Origin: Octopus sinensis
Taxonomy: Eukaryota
Assembly: GCF_006345805.1 (NCBI RefSeq)
Contig: NC_042999.1
Coordinates: forward strand, 24,552,001 to 24,616,000
Length of the DNA stretch: 64,000 nt
Reading direction: 5' to 3'
Below, in pieces: positions 49,677-62,172 of this stretch (position 1 is its first letter; each line of letters opens with the position of its first letter). The translations under genes and the position numbers were made by a program. The notes under the pieces were generated by a model, which was not told the DNA's origin, made no database searches, and was given only the letters and a program-made list of their open reading frames with translations.

Positions 49677-51309
49677 TGAATGTAAAGGTGTGTGTGGTGG
49701 GGGGGGGGGGGGTTGTAATGTTGTGCGTGTGTCATCTGCAGTGGGAACAGGGAGTTTTCTCTATGAAGGCCTCTTTTGGTCTATCCACTGATATAATGTC
49801 TTTACGACCATTAAGGTCTATAGTGAAAAATTTAACCGTGCATGAAAGAAAACAGAAAGGACCTGCATATGAGTGCTGTTAATGGAGGTTTAACAACACT
49901 GTTGCACACAAAAGTATGAGTCCAAGAAGTAAAGCTTCCTTGAAGTCAGAGCTAGAAATGCAATTGTCAAGTAGGTAAGAGGTTTTAAACAGGAGCAATA
50001 TATTCAAAATTGGTAAAACTAAAAATTGTCAAGGATAAATTAAATCTATTTATTGTTACTGAATATGTTAGTGCTAATTAATTTCTGAACAGTTTTGCTG
50101 CTGTTTGTTTATGCAGTTTGATTTCTTTATCCATCAGTTTCTACTAAGATAGAAACACAAGTAAAATTGATAATAGAGAAACAAAAATAAAACTTTGGAA
50201 ACAGCAACGCCACCTTAACTTATGTGGAAACCATGAGTGTGCTTTCAAGGGAGATAATCAGAGAAAGACTTGAAAGTGAATGTAAGATCATAATACTTCA
50301 TGTAAATTAAATATAACAAATAATCCAGAATCCTTGTCCAGTGCCAAATCGATCCCAAAATCTAAACAGTTTGTGCCAGTCATGAGGCCAAACATCCCTG
50401 AAAGTTGCATCTGAATCCATCCAACGATTCTTGAGATATCTTGTCTACGGACAAACAAACACAACTGAAAACAATACCCTTAACTTCGCTAAGGTGGAGG
50501 TAATTATGAACAACTGGATATAGGTTTTTTTGTAGACCTATCTAATTCATCTCAGCAAAACTGTTTATACACAATGTATCAACATCAATAAATTTTGATA
50601 AATCTACTAGACTGCAATGAAGATACTATCAAGAAATATTGTATAGGGTTATCTATGAAGTGAACTGAAGAAATGTCCTTGAGAATAACTATGCTCACAT
50701 GATTACCATATGTCGATAGTACTATAACACACAATAATATTATGCTGCTGACATGATTATTTTGACCGAATAAATCCAATCTTCTGTTCTACATATACCG
50801 TATTTATAATTCTAACTCATATCAGCAGGAAATTAGAAAAACAAAATACATCTGACTGAATTATAGTTATATAAGGCTGGTGCAAGAAATAGAAACCTTA
50901 GCAATAGTGTCAAATACGAGAACAGAGCTGAGTAAACATTTCTCCAAGAAGGCCATCTGAACTTCTGTGTGGGTTCCACAAGTCTGTGTTTGACTAAAAA
51001 CTAAATTTCTAAATAGAACATAAAAATATAATTATCATTGATACAAGTGAATTATTTGGTATACAGAGTTAAGTAACAGATACAACTGAATTTAATGTTA
51101 TCTTGCTGTGGTCAGGATTCCACACGCTCATAGTTCTACATAAAGACAGTGCAGATTTAAGTCTACAATACAAACTCTTAAAATTTTCTTTCAGAGAATT
51201 ATATGCTCCAACTGGAAATAATTCAACACTGCTTAAATATTAAAGGTAAAAGCAAGTTGAATAGACTGCCTATATATTTAAAATCAGTAAACTGCCTAGA
51301 AAATTAATC

Positions 51310-51720
51310 TTTTAAAGCAAGATATCTGCTGTGCTTGTTTCTCTAAACAAAAATGTGTCACAAGGTGTCTGTAACAAAGAAAAATACTGAAAGTTGTGTT
51401 CATTAATTAGTTTGGAAAAGAGTGCTAGTTGCATTTGAAATGATTTAATTTCCTCAAACAATTCATAAGCAAAAACACTTTGGCCTTGTAACTTAATGGC
51501 TCCATTCATTAAATTTACCAAAAATATGAACTGTAAATACTAAATCACATAGCCATTCTTTTCCATGTTACTTAAAAATTCACAACTCAAGATCTTCATT
51601 TCAAGAAAGAACATATTTTCTCTCAAATTTAATACACTTTTCAGAACATCTCTCAAGTTTAACTATGATGCAGAGCATCTAAATATTCACATTCCATATT
51701 ATCCAACTTCTGAACTAACT
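51310..51720 (-). mobile_element. hAT (SPIN/GTF2IRD2-like) transposase relic
   Basis: Frameshifted peptides LNLRENMFFLEMK, WLCDLVFTVHIF and KLQGQSVFAYELFEEIKSFQMQLALF resemble that family. Confidence 0.6.
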
Positions 51721-51944
51721 CTAAGGTATGTGAGCTTTCCTTGCTCATTTCCTTGTTACTGGGCTACCAAACCTGCAACCACCTAGTATACTAACAATGC
51801 TAGAACCGACTGCTTACTTCTAACGATTACATGCCTTCCAGACCTGCTATCATTTTTAATCAATAGAATTGGTTTTAAGAAATTCATGTCAGCAACAGCA
51901 AATTGATTACTTTCTGGTGTGAACTTGTTCAAAGTATTATTTAC

Positions 51945-52171
51945 TTATCGGGAAGTGGAATATAAATCCGTTTCTGGAAACGTCTCAAAAACGCTACATC
52001 AAGTTCCCAAGGACAGTTTGTTGCACATAGCAGAAATATATTGTCTTTGGTCTCTGTGTTGCCAACTCCTTCCATTTGTTTCAATAGTTCAGTTTTGAAT
52101 CGTCTTGTATGTTCCTCTTCTTGCACATTTCTCTTTCTGCACAAACTATCAATTTCATCAATAAAAATAAC
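51945..52171 (-). CDS. VPS4: VPS4-like ATPase exon with Walker B and second region of homology ([11 protein letters not shown]...[26 protein letters not shown])
   Basis: tgtttag acceptor, gtaaat donor, IFIDEID Walker B, sensor-1 ATN and Arg-finger RRF motifs of meiotic-clade AAA ATPases. Confidence 0.95.
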
Positions 52172-52427
52172 CTAAACATAAGAAGCAAATCAGAGTGAAA
52201 ATAAAAATCAGTGACAATTGGTAAAAACTAAATAGTAGTATAGAGAAATAGTAGCAACATATTTACTACAATAACTGTAACTTAATCTAAAAATGAAAAA
52301 AAAATGTGTTACTGTATAGTTAATATTTTATTTTAGTAATATTTTTTAAAGTTCTTACAGCTAAGAACATTACTATAGTAACATTTTTGTTTCTAATCTA
52401 GATATCTTTTCTCTGTTGATTTATTAC

Positions 52428-52703
52428 TGTGATAAGTGTGGTGAAAAGGAGCGTAACAGAACAAGGAAAAGAATTAGAAGTGTAATTTGGTCTTACCTGC
52501 AGAGATGAAGCCGGATTCGCCTTGAGCCAACTTGCTAGCGTTGTCGTCTTGGCGTGTCGTTCTCGAGTCTGACTGCCCTGGTCGATGCCGCACGTGCGTT
52601 CTGTCTCTCACTTCCGCTTCCGCCGGCGCATGCGCCCTGCGAGACCTGCAAGACCCACTTCCGCTCCCTCCCCTCTGTCACACTCCCTCATCACCACACC
52701 ACA
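52428..52703 (-). repeat. 3' LTR of the Gypsy element (276 bp)
   Basis: Direct repeat of 56406..56666, adjacent to the PPT-like tract at 52704..52712. Confidence 0.95.
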
Positions 52704-55700
52704 CGCCCCCTGATCTATAGATCACTGAACCGGCTTCCTCACTCGCTCCCGCACCTGAAACTGGTTTCGTAGTCAGCCAACCAGGGAGGAGGGTGCCGCT
52801 CCCTCTGTGGTCGCAGTGCGACCCTAGGACTTGTTTCTGGCGTGTTGCTGCCGACCTCGTCATCCTGTCTGTTGTTATCGTCTTGCCCACTGTTGCTTGT
52901 CCCATCCTCGGGGCATGGACAATCCTCCGTATGTCCAAAACGTGGCGTGGCATACCATCTACCGAGATGTTATTCTTTGAATTTACGGAGGTTATTGTCC
53001 CCTTTCCCCATTGCGATGTACACCGTGCGTTCGGGGTTTCACCCAGACTTCCTCCCCGACCTGCACGAAGGCGTGCTCTTCCTCTGCCCCGGGTCGCATT
53101 GATGTAGTACACGGATGCCTCCACTCGTACCTGAATATTGCCCTGTGTGGCACCGACTCCTCGGCCTGTCCTGATCTGGGCGACATGTTGTACCAAAACA
53201 CGGCCTCGACTGGTGAAATGTGACCCCTCTCAGCCATGGCCTTGATGGTACGATGATGCCTTTCCACCACCCGTTTCCACTTGGCCGGTATGCCGCCCTG
53301 AAGAAGCGGTTGACCTTCCACTCATCAAGCATTTCTCTCAGCGCCTCCGAGCGAAATGCAGTGCCGTGTCCAGAAGCAGTTCATCCACGGGGCCTCGTTC
53401 CAGGAATATCTCGTTCAGCACTTTCGCAATTTCTTCTGCGGTTCCTGACCTCATCTCCCTCCATATGGCGAACCGCCCCGGTCCGCAGTCAACCATTGAG
53501 AGGTATGTCCCCTGCCGGTAGTGTGTTATGTCCACCGCCAGTCGTCTCCAGTCCTGGTCCACTGGAATACTTCCCGCTTCATGCACGACCGGAGCAGGGT
53601 CGATGGACTGGCACCTGTCACAACTGCTAACCACTCTCCGCACGCTCTGTCTTGTTACGTCGGAGTCGACTTTTCTGGCCAGGAACAACGTCCTGTCCAC
53701 ACCCATGTGATGCATGGTGTGCAGTCTCCGCAACTCCGAGTCGCTCAGATGGCATACTGCAAACATCCTGCTTCGCATCCTCTGGCACTTGCAACCAGGC
53801 TCGCTTAACCTGGTCAGGACGTCTGCCCTGTTCTTCTCGGAAGGCACAAAGATCACGCTCAGCTTCAGATTGAACTCAGTGGTCAGTTCACGCAGTATCC
53901 CCAATCGACGCTTTACCAGCATCTCTGCAGCCCCTTTGGTCCGCACCCTCCGCTCATCGGTGATGACTGCCGTCGCCCAACCAAGTACAGTGGCTGAATC
54001 AGTCCTGATTTCTATGGTGTGCAACCCCCACTTCAAGGCTAGGTTCACCCCCTTCAGCACGGCTTCCAACTCCGCCACGTTGATGTGACTGCAGTCATCC
54101 ATCTTCCTGAGCCAGGCTGCATCTTCCACCGTGACACCTCCCACTTCCAAGACAACCCTATTGCGATGCTACTGGCGTCACACCATACGATCCCGCTCTT
54201 TGATTTGGGAACGTACCAGCTGCCCTCACCGGGTCCTCTGCTCTTACTCTGACCAGGACTTCCTGCATCATGTCGATCGTCCTCTCCCCCACTTTATCAT
54301 TCCACTTCACTCCTTCGGCTCGTCTCTTGATGAAGCTGCATGCTGTCCGGAGCCAGCCTGCAATCGGGTAGTGTCCCACCAGCTTCCCACACACAGAGAA
54401 CAGCTCCCGTCTACTCATGCTGGCGCCCAGTTCAGGGATCTCATTCCCTCGCCGGAACACCAAGGCGCCGGCTTTGTCTCTCCATAGCTTGAGGCCCAGT
54501 GCAGCACCTCCCTCCATAGCCTCTGGCGGCTTGGCGATCAGTCCAAAACTCTTCAGGTGGCCTATGACCTCCGTTGCTGGTATCACGGTTTCATCCACCA
54601 GAATGTCGTCGATGTATGAATTGGTGGCCCTTTTTACTCTGTCCACCTTCCCCAGGACGGCCTTGAGAATTGTTGCCATAATCTTCGGAGCTGAATTCAG
54701 CCCGAATCCCAACCTGGTCAGACAGTACGTCCGGCCCCTATACCTGACGAGCTGGTACCTCCATAGTTTCTCAGCCACATGGACCTGAAGGTATGCCGAC
54801 TTTAAATCGACAATCGTGGAGGCCCCCGCCGTCTGCCTCCACTCTCGCAGGGTGTCTCCGCAGACATCCGTGGCCTCGCCGCCTGTATGACACGACACGT
54901 GGTCATTCAGCTCTCGGAAGTCGAGCACTGGCCTGACCTTACGCTTTGTGGGATGTATCACCGCCATCAGTGGCAGGACTCCGCTCTCTTCTTTTTCCCA
55001 GGGGATCAGTATGCCCTCCTTAATCCACCGCTCCACCTCCCCCTCGAACTCACTTCTGGCATCTCCTTTTAGAGTATGCTGATAGCAGCCCACTTTGTTC
55101 TTTAACATCGGGGCTCTCCCTTCCAGTGCCACTCCACTGTCCACCTCTCGCCATCAAAGACAGCCTGAAAATCCTGGTCTTCAATGGTGTGCGCCGCATC
55201 CATTTCCTCACGTTTGTCGTCGGTGCGTGGTCTCGCCCTACACGGCTTCCCTGCTAGCCCAAACGTTACGCCAGCCTCGTTGACGGTAACACCTCCCAGA
55301 CGGGTGATCGCATCCATCCCCATCACCACGTCGATCTCGTCCACCAAGTGACCGACCACAATCGCTCGCAACGTCAGCTGCAGTCCCTGCACCACGATCT
55401 GCGCATCCGTAACCCCTTCGCAGTGCACTTCTTCCGTCGACTGCCCTGCCCTGACACTGCTTCTCCACTCCACGTCTCTGCCACTTCTGTGGTCATCAGG
55501 GTCGTCGTACAGCCCGTGTCCACCAGGGCTCGCGACATCTTCCCCTTCACCAGAATGTCGACCACAGGTAACGATGAGAAACGCGCCGCTACTAATCCAA
55601 AGGACAACTACCGGCGCAGTAGTCTCCCGCGGTCCGTTTCCCCGCAGACACTCGCTGGCCACATGCCCCGGCTCTTGGCACCGGTAGCAAATCACCTCGG

Positions 55701-56393
55701 GCTTGGGCGACGCGCAGTCACGGACCATGTGTGGGCCCTGGCATCGGAAACACTGTCCCTTAAACGACCGCACGCGTTCTTTCCCCAGCCCCTCTCCGTT
55801 GCTCCTAGCTGGGCCACTTTTCGACGTTGCAGTCGCTGCTACCGACGTCAACCTGCTGCACGACACCAGTACACGTGCCCGCGATATAATCTCGGCCATC
55901 GGCATCGAACGCACGTTCGGGAGCTTCTGTAGCTCGACCGACATGATGTCGGGAAAGCCGGTCACGAACGCTAACCTGACCGTGCGTTCTAGCGACTCTC
56001 CCTCATATCCCGCAAGTTTTGCCAACCTTCTAAGCTCGCCGGCGAACACGTCCACCTGCTGTCCTGTCCACCTCATCCTACCCAGTCGAGTGTACGCTTC
56101 GAACATTCCTTCCGCGAAGGCCTCCATAAGTCGGATCTCCACCTTGTCCGCGCTGCGTTGGTCCGTTTCCTCCATCTCCAGATATAACGCCAACGCCAGG
56201 CCATCCAAATACAACGGCATAAAACGCCATCAGCTATGCCGTGTGTAGCTTCACCACCAACTTCACCCTCCTCAACCAAGCGACCACGTCGTGTGTCGCC
56301 GCAAAACGGTGTTATAGGGTCGCGTGAAATCATAGCAGTCTGCATAATTTTTATTTTTTTTTTTTTATTTTCACGAAACCGAGTGATTATTTC

Positions 56394-56405
56394 GCCGAAA
56401 TAGCT
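56394..56405 (-). promoter_or_regulatory. Putative primer-binding site complementary to tRNA-Phe(GAA) nt 1-12
   Basis: Sense strand AGCTATTTCGGC directly abuts the 5' LTR. Its complement GCCGAAATAGCT equals the 5' end of metazoan tRNA-Phe(GAA) as I recall it. Confidence 0.6.
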
Positions 56406-56666
56406 TGTGATAAGTGTGGTGAAAAGGAGCGTAACAGAACAAGGAAAAGAATTAGAAGTGTAATTTGGTCTTACCTGCAGAGATGAAGCCGGATTCGCCT
56501 TGAGCCAACTTGCTAGCGTCGTTCTCGAGTCTGACTGCCCTGGTCGATGCCGCACGTGCGTTCTGTCTCTCACTTCCGCTTCCGCCGGTGCATGCGCCCT
56601 GCGAGACCTGCAAGACCCACTTCCACTCCCTCCCTCTCTGTCACACTCCCTCATCACCACACCACA
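56406..56666 (-). repeat. 5' LTR of the Gypsy element (261 bp)
   Basis: Direct repeat of 52428..52703; differs by 2 substitutions, one 16-bp indel and one 1-bp indel by my alignment. Confidence 0.95.
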
Positions 56667-57486
56667 ATTACTGAATGAAGGATTATACTTAAAACAATGC
56701 CAAAAGCGATGGTATAAGAATAAAATGTCTAAAATATCAAATTGTACTCAATATTCTAAAGTGAATCTCATGAAATGGCTATAGTAAATGTTAAACTAAT
56801 GTTTTAATTAGAGAAATTTTCAATTAAAGCTTTCCACAGAAACAATATAAGTCAATGAAACACATATTTATAATCAAGGCTCCCAATTCTAATGAAATTG
56901 TTGAATTAATCTCAGATGTATAAAAATACAGCTTGGACAGGATTTGAACAAATAAATGTGAGGCACAAATCTATATTTTTAGAGTTTTATCATGAGAAAG
57001 AAGCAGATTCTCTTTGCTAGACTGATAAAATTAATATGGCTTATATTTAGTTTGAATGTCAGTAAATTGACATCTGCAATAAATCATAGGCAGTAAGAGA
57101 ATTCTGGAGAGTTGACATTTTGGAAATGAAAGATTGAATATTAATGTTGGGCAGAGGGAATGGGGGATAATAATCACTGCACTAACTATGTGAGCACTGG
57201 TCCTATCTATTTGATAATTTGATGGACATGTTGCAAAGATACTGTGTCACCATTGCTGCATAGAGTGCTAGGTTACTATTGTCGTGAAGGTAGCTTGTTG
57301 GATGTGTATTATGTTGATGACCATCATCATGTGGTCTAGCTGGCTGTATGTATAATGAATGAAACAAATCACAAACTGTTAACTTTTAGCATATTTACTG
57401 CTGGACATGATTTACTGCGTTGGCTGTTTACAAAAGAAAGATACTGATAATATAACTACTGACTAGGAGAAAACCACATTGTGTCT

Positions 57487-57720
57487 GTATATTTCTTTAC
57501 TACCCTCAAGGGGCTAAACACAGAGGAGACAAACAAGGACAGACAAACGGATTAAGTCGATCACATCGACCCCAGTGTGTAACTGGTACTTATTTTATCG
57601 ACCCCAAAAGGATGAAAGACAAAGTCGACCTCGGCAGAATTTGAACCCACAACGTAACAGCAGACAAAATACGGCTACGCATCTCGCCCGACATGCTAAC
57701 ATTTCTGCCAGCTCGCCGCC
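57487..57720 (-). mobile_element. SINE family C
   Basis: Same consensus, TSD attgtgtct (57478-86 / 57721-29). Confidence 0.8.
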
Positions 57721-60039
57721 ATTGTGTCTATAGTAGGCTAGTCATGTTTGCTTGTGTGTGAGTGTCTGAAGTCATTTCTTGCTCAAAGTGGTCAGTCCAA
57801 GTGTCTGATGTGGTCTGATCTTAGCAGTCTGCCTTCTGTAAGTGCCCATGATGGTGTGCATGAATATTCAAGGCCAATATCAAATATCGGTTATTACTGC
57901 AAACTTGGGAAGGTTCGTGATGAAATTTGCTCTGAAATCATGCATTCAAAGGTAGATGAAACATTCCTCAGTGTTGAATAGCTGGTTTTAACTGTTATAT
58001 CATGTGGACGAAAAATTTGCGGGTGAAAGTACATGTCTAACCCATTAATAGATATGCTATTAGCATATAAATATCGTAGTAGGGGGCTTGTAGTAGTAAA
58101 AGTTATGAGCTTTCTGTGTTTGGCCTTTTGAACTTACTGCTGTTTGCCTGCCTCTGACTTGTATCCATTGCTATGTTGGGGAGTTGGATTTCATGAGATG
58201 ATAAGTTGGGCTACTACTGTTGCAGTTTTTTGCTGGCCTTTACTTGTGCTGGGCATCACCGATTTTGCAATGGAAATTGGGCACCATTGTTACATAGAGT
58301 GCTTGGTTGCCATTATTGTGGTAGTAGCTTGTTGAATGTGTATTGTGTTGATGATCATTGCCATGTGGTCTAGCTGGCTGCATGTATAATAAATGAAATG
58401 AATCACAAACTTTTATCTTTTAACATTTTTTGCTGGACATTATTTACTGCATTAACTGTTTACAAAAGAAAGATGTCGATATTATAACCACTGACTAGGA
58501 GAGAACTATGTTGTGTTCATAGAAGGCTAGCTGTAATACATTGTATAAGACTGTCTGAAGTCATTTTTTGCTCAAGGTGGTCTGGTCTCAGCAACCTGCT
58601 TTCTGTGAATATCCAAAGTGGTCTACATGAATGCCCATGGTCATCTAGTTTTAGCTGTCTGCTGAGACCACCTGTCTTCATGGTCAGTTGAAACTGTCTA
58701 TGTGAATACCTGAGGTTCACTACCTAGTGAAATGAGGGTGAAGTTCAGATCATCTGAGGAATCATCACATCACAGCTTTGTGCTGATTGATCAATTTATA
58801 GATCAATCACGTAAAATTGTGGTGGTTTACTCATGGTCCCTAACTGAATATCTTGTAGTTGGAATTCAAATCTCAGCAAACAGATTCAGGAGTGAAATCT
58901 TATTAGTAAGAAAATTTGACAAAAAGTAATCTTAAGTAAAGAGTGTGTAATGAAATGTTTAGTTAGTAATGCTTATTTATTATATTGGTGACCTGATGCC
59001 TTTCCTTAGGGCATGGCTGAACTGAAATGCTTTCAACAAGAAATCAATGTTAGGATGTCAACTTGGTATATTTTTTTATTGTATCATTAAAACTGCCAGG
59101 AAAAATACGATATAGTATTTCTTCTATTGCTTTACATCCTGAGTCCAAATCTTGCTAAGGTCGGCTTTGCCTTTTATTCTTTCAGAGTCAATAAGATAAA
59201 GTACCAGTGGAGAGGAGGGGGGGTCAATGATAACAGCTAAGCTAAACTCCTTCCCCCAAATTTCAAGCTTCATACCTATGCTAGAAATAATTACTAAACT
59301 TGATACCACACTAACTCATTCATTCTACAAGGAAGCACAATTCCCAAAATGTTAGATCATACTTCTTTTCTGTAAGACCAATAAACATATGTAGATGCTT
59401 AATAAATTCTCTTGAGAAAGTAAACTATAATCATCCTCTTTGAATCTGGAGATAACACTAGTCAGATGAGACTGTTTTGTTACCTTCCATTCACTTTGTA
59501 TTATATTCCTAGTAGTAAAGTGTGTTCATTTTCACCAGACCATGTTTTAAGTGCAGTAAATTGGGATATAAGATTTTTTAACCAAAATATTATAGGTGAG
59601 AGTCATTCATGGCCACAGCCAACCAAATGAGTTGAGTTTTTGCCAAGTTTACTAAAATTTTATTTTCATTTCCATTATTTTCATTTTGATTAAAACAATG
59701 TAATATTTCATAGGTATAATCTTTGTATTGTCAACAGGACATTTTATACCACAATGACAACGACATCACATTTTGTATATGAATGTGTACCTGTCTGAGA
59801 GTGTATGTGTGTAAGTGTATGAGTGTGTATGAGAAATTTGTATTTCTACTGATTAAAAACTATAATATATACTGTAGACCGTAAAGTTTTATCTGAAACT
59901 GGATGAAAAATACTTTTATATTACAAATGGAGCTAGAATACTAACAAACTAAGTTAATCAAATAAAAACAACAACTAGATCACAAAACACAAGTCTAGCA
60001 AAAGCTCTGTCAAATCTACAAACATCTGACAATACTTAC

Positions 60040-60088
60040 TGATTTGGATTTGTTTCTACAGGCATGTTGGAAAAGTTCTTTGATAGAT
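60040..60088 (-). CDS. VPS4: VPS4-like ATPase exon (SIKELFQHACRNKSKS)
   Basis: tttcctag acceptor, gtaagt donor, 49 bp, phase 2/0, bridges GESEK to VIFIDE in frame. Confidence 0.85.
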
Positions 60089-61756
60089 CTAGGAAATATA
60101 AGAATGAAAAAACATCATAAGCCTGAATTTTGTATGGAACATTGAGAAACTAATTTACAATAGAAATAACTAAGGATATAGATACACAACACACACAAGG
60201 AAGAATAATGATGAATAGTATAGCTTAAAAATATAAATAACATCTATATATATATAAAATCTTTTGTCTCTGTCTGTTCCCAATACATTCTCAAATGGCT
60301 CAAGCAAATCAAATCAAATTTTACATGGTAATACTAACAGTTATATATGTAACTTGAACAGACACACATATCAGTACATAAACATACTTACATGTACATA
60401 CACATATACACACATGCAGACACATCTACACATTTACATATGGAAATGCTCATATATACATATATGCATGCATGCGCCTTTACACATATACGCACATAGA
60501 CACACATACATATATAAACACATATATATCATGAACTAACTGTTACTTTCTCAGATGCAACATAAAGTTTTGTCAGTGAACAGGTCACTGTTTCAAAGCA
60601 ACGAAAATATTTTGACACAAATGAAATTTAAATGTTGAAGTGAGACTAACAGTTTTTGTGTGTTCTTGAATGGCTTACAAACATTTTCCATTTTGTAATC
60701 TTTCTATTGTCAACAGGACATTTTGTACCACGATGACAACATCACATTTTGTATATGACTGTATATCTGTCTGTAAGTGTATGAGTGAGTGTGTCTATCC
60801 ATGTTAGATATGTTATTAAACACACACACATCTACACATACATATGTGACAACTGACAATGATGTCACATTTTGTATAGGACTGTGTATTTGTCGGTGAA
60901 TGTATGTGTGTGAGAGTATGAGTGTGTATATGTCTCACAGTGTGTGCCTTTCCGTGTTAGGTACGTTATTAAACACACTATATGTATGTAAGGACTGGTC
61001 AGTATCAATATGAAATTTTATTTTCATTTTGATTAAAACAATGTAATATTTCATAGATATAATCTTTCTATTGTCAACAGGACATTTTATACCACAATGA
61101 CAACAACATCACATTTTTTATATGAATGTGTTCCAGTCTGAGAGTGTATGTGTGTAAGTGTATGAGTGTGTACATGTCTTAGTGTGTCTTTTTGCATTAG
61201 GTACATTATTAAACAGACACACATCTACACATACATATACATATGTAACAGTACATTATTAAACACACACACACACTCATACACTTACACAATTACACTC
61301 ACAGACAGATACACATTCATATACAAAATGTGATGTTGTCATGGTGGTATAAAATGTCCTGTTGACAATAGAAAGTATATCTCCATGAAATGTTATACTG
61401 TTTTAATCGAAATGAAAATAGAATTTCATATTGACACTGGCTAGCCCCCACATACATATAGTAAGATAGACACACAGAGACATACATTCATGCATGTCAG
61501 TTGTGTAATTAAACACACACACATCTACAGATACATACACACATGTGATAACTGACATGCCTGAATGTATGTATGTGAGTTCTAGAGGTGAAGCTCTTGA
61601 AAAAAAAAACAATGTGGTGGTAAGGTCCAAAGTATATATATAAAAATACACATTTACTGTTCCATTACTAGTTAATAATTATTGCAGCGATTGCTAGGTT
61701 ACAAGGTATTTACAATTACATATCTACCCTTACATTAAGAAATTTATCCTATATAT

Positions 61757-61930
61757 ATAGGCGCAGGAGTGGCTGTGTGGTAAGTAGCTTGCTTACCAAC
61801 CACATGGTTCCGGGTTCAGTCCCACTGCGTGGCACCTTGGGCAAGTGTCTTCTGCTATAGCCCCAGGCTGACCAATGCCTTGTGAGTGGATTTGGTAGAC
61901 GGAAACTGAAAGAAGCCTGTCGTATATATG

Positions 61931-61961
<31 letters not shown>

Positions 61962-62172
61962 ATGTGTTTGTGTGTCTGTGTTTGTCCCCATAGCATTGCT
62001 TGACAACCGATGCTGGTGTGTTTAGGTCCCCGTCACTTAGCGGTTCGGCAAAAGAGACCGATAGAAAAAGTACTGGGCTTACAATAGAATAAGTCCCGGG
62101 GTTGAGTTGCTCGATTAAAAGTGGTGCTCCAGCATGGCCGCAGTCTAATGACTGAAACAAGTAAAGAGTAAG
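61757..62172 (+). mobile_element. SINE family A
   Basis: Same consensus in the opposite orientation. Confidence 0.85.

Larger units (their letters stand above)
52428..56666 (-). mobile_element. Ty3/Gypsy-type LTR retrotransposon, structurally complete (gag-PR-RT-RH-IN), frameshifted as assembled
   Basis: LTRs at 52428..52703 and 56406..56666 with TG..CA termini; 5-bp TSD ATTAC at 52423-27 and 56667-71. Two gag CCHC-type knuckles, protease DTG (ALVDTGC), RT YIDD, RNase H (CDAS..AELEA..TDS..RAD), integrase HHCC and D,D,E. PPT-like AGGGGGCG abuts the 3' LTR. Confidence 0.95.

Noticed and set aside
49745-49830. Minus-strand peptide DLNGRKDII...EKTPCSHCR as a candidate missing ATPase exon
   Set aside because: Ends in a stop, lacks the GYSGSD-type motif, and the beta-domain segment is already supplied by 46213..46289.
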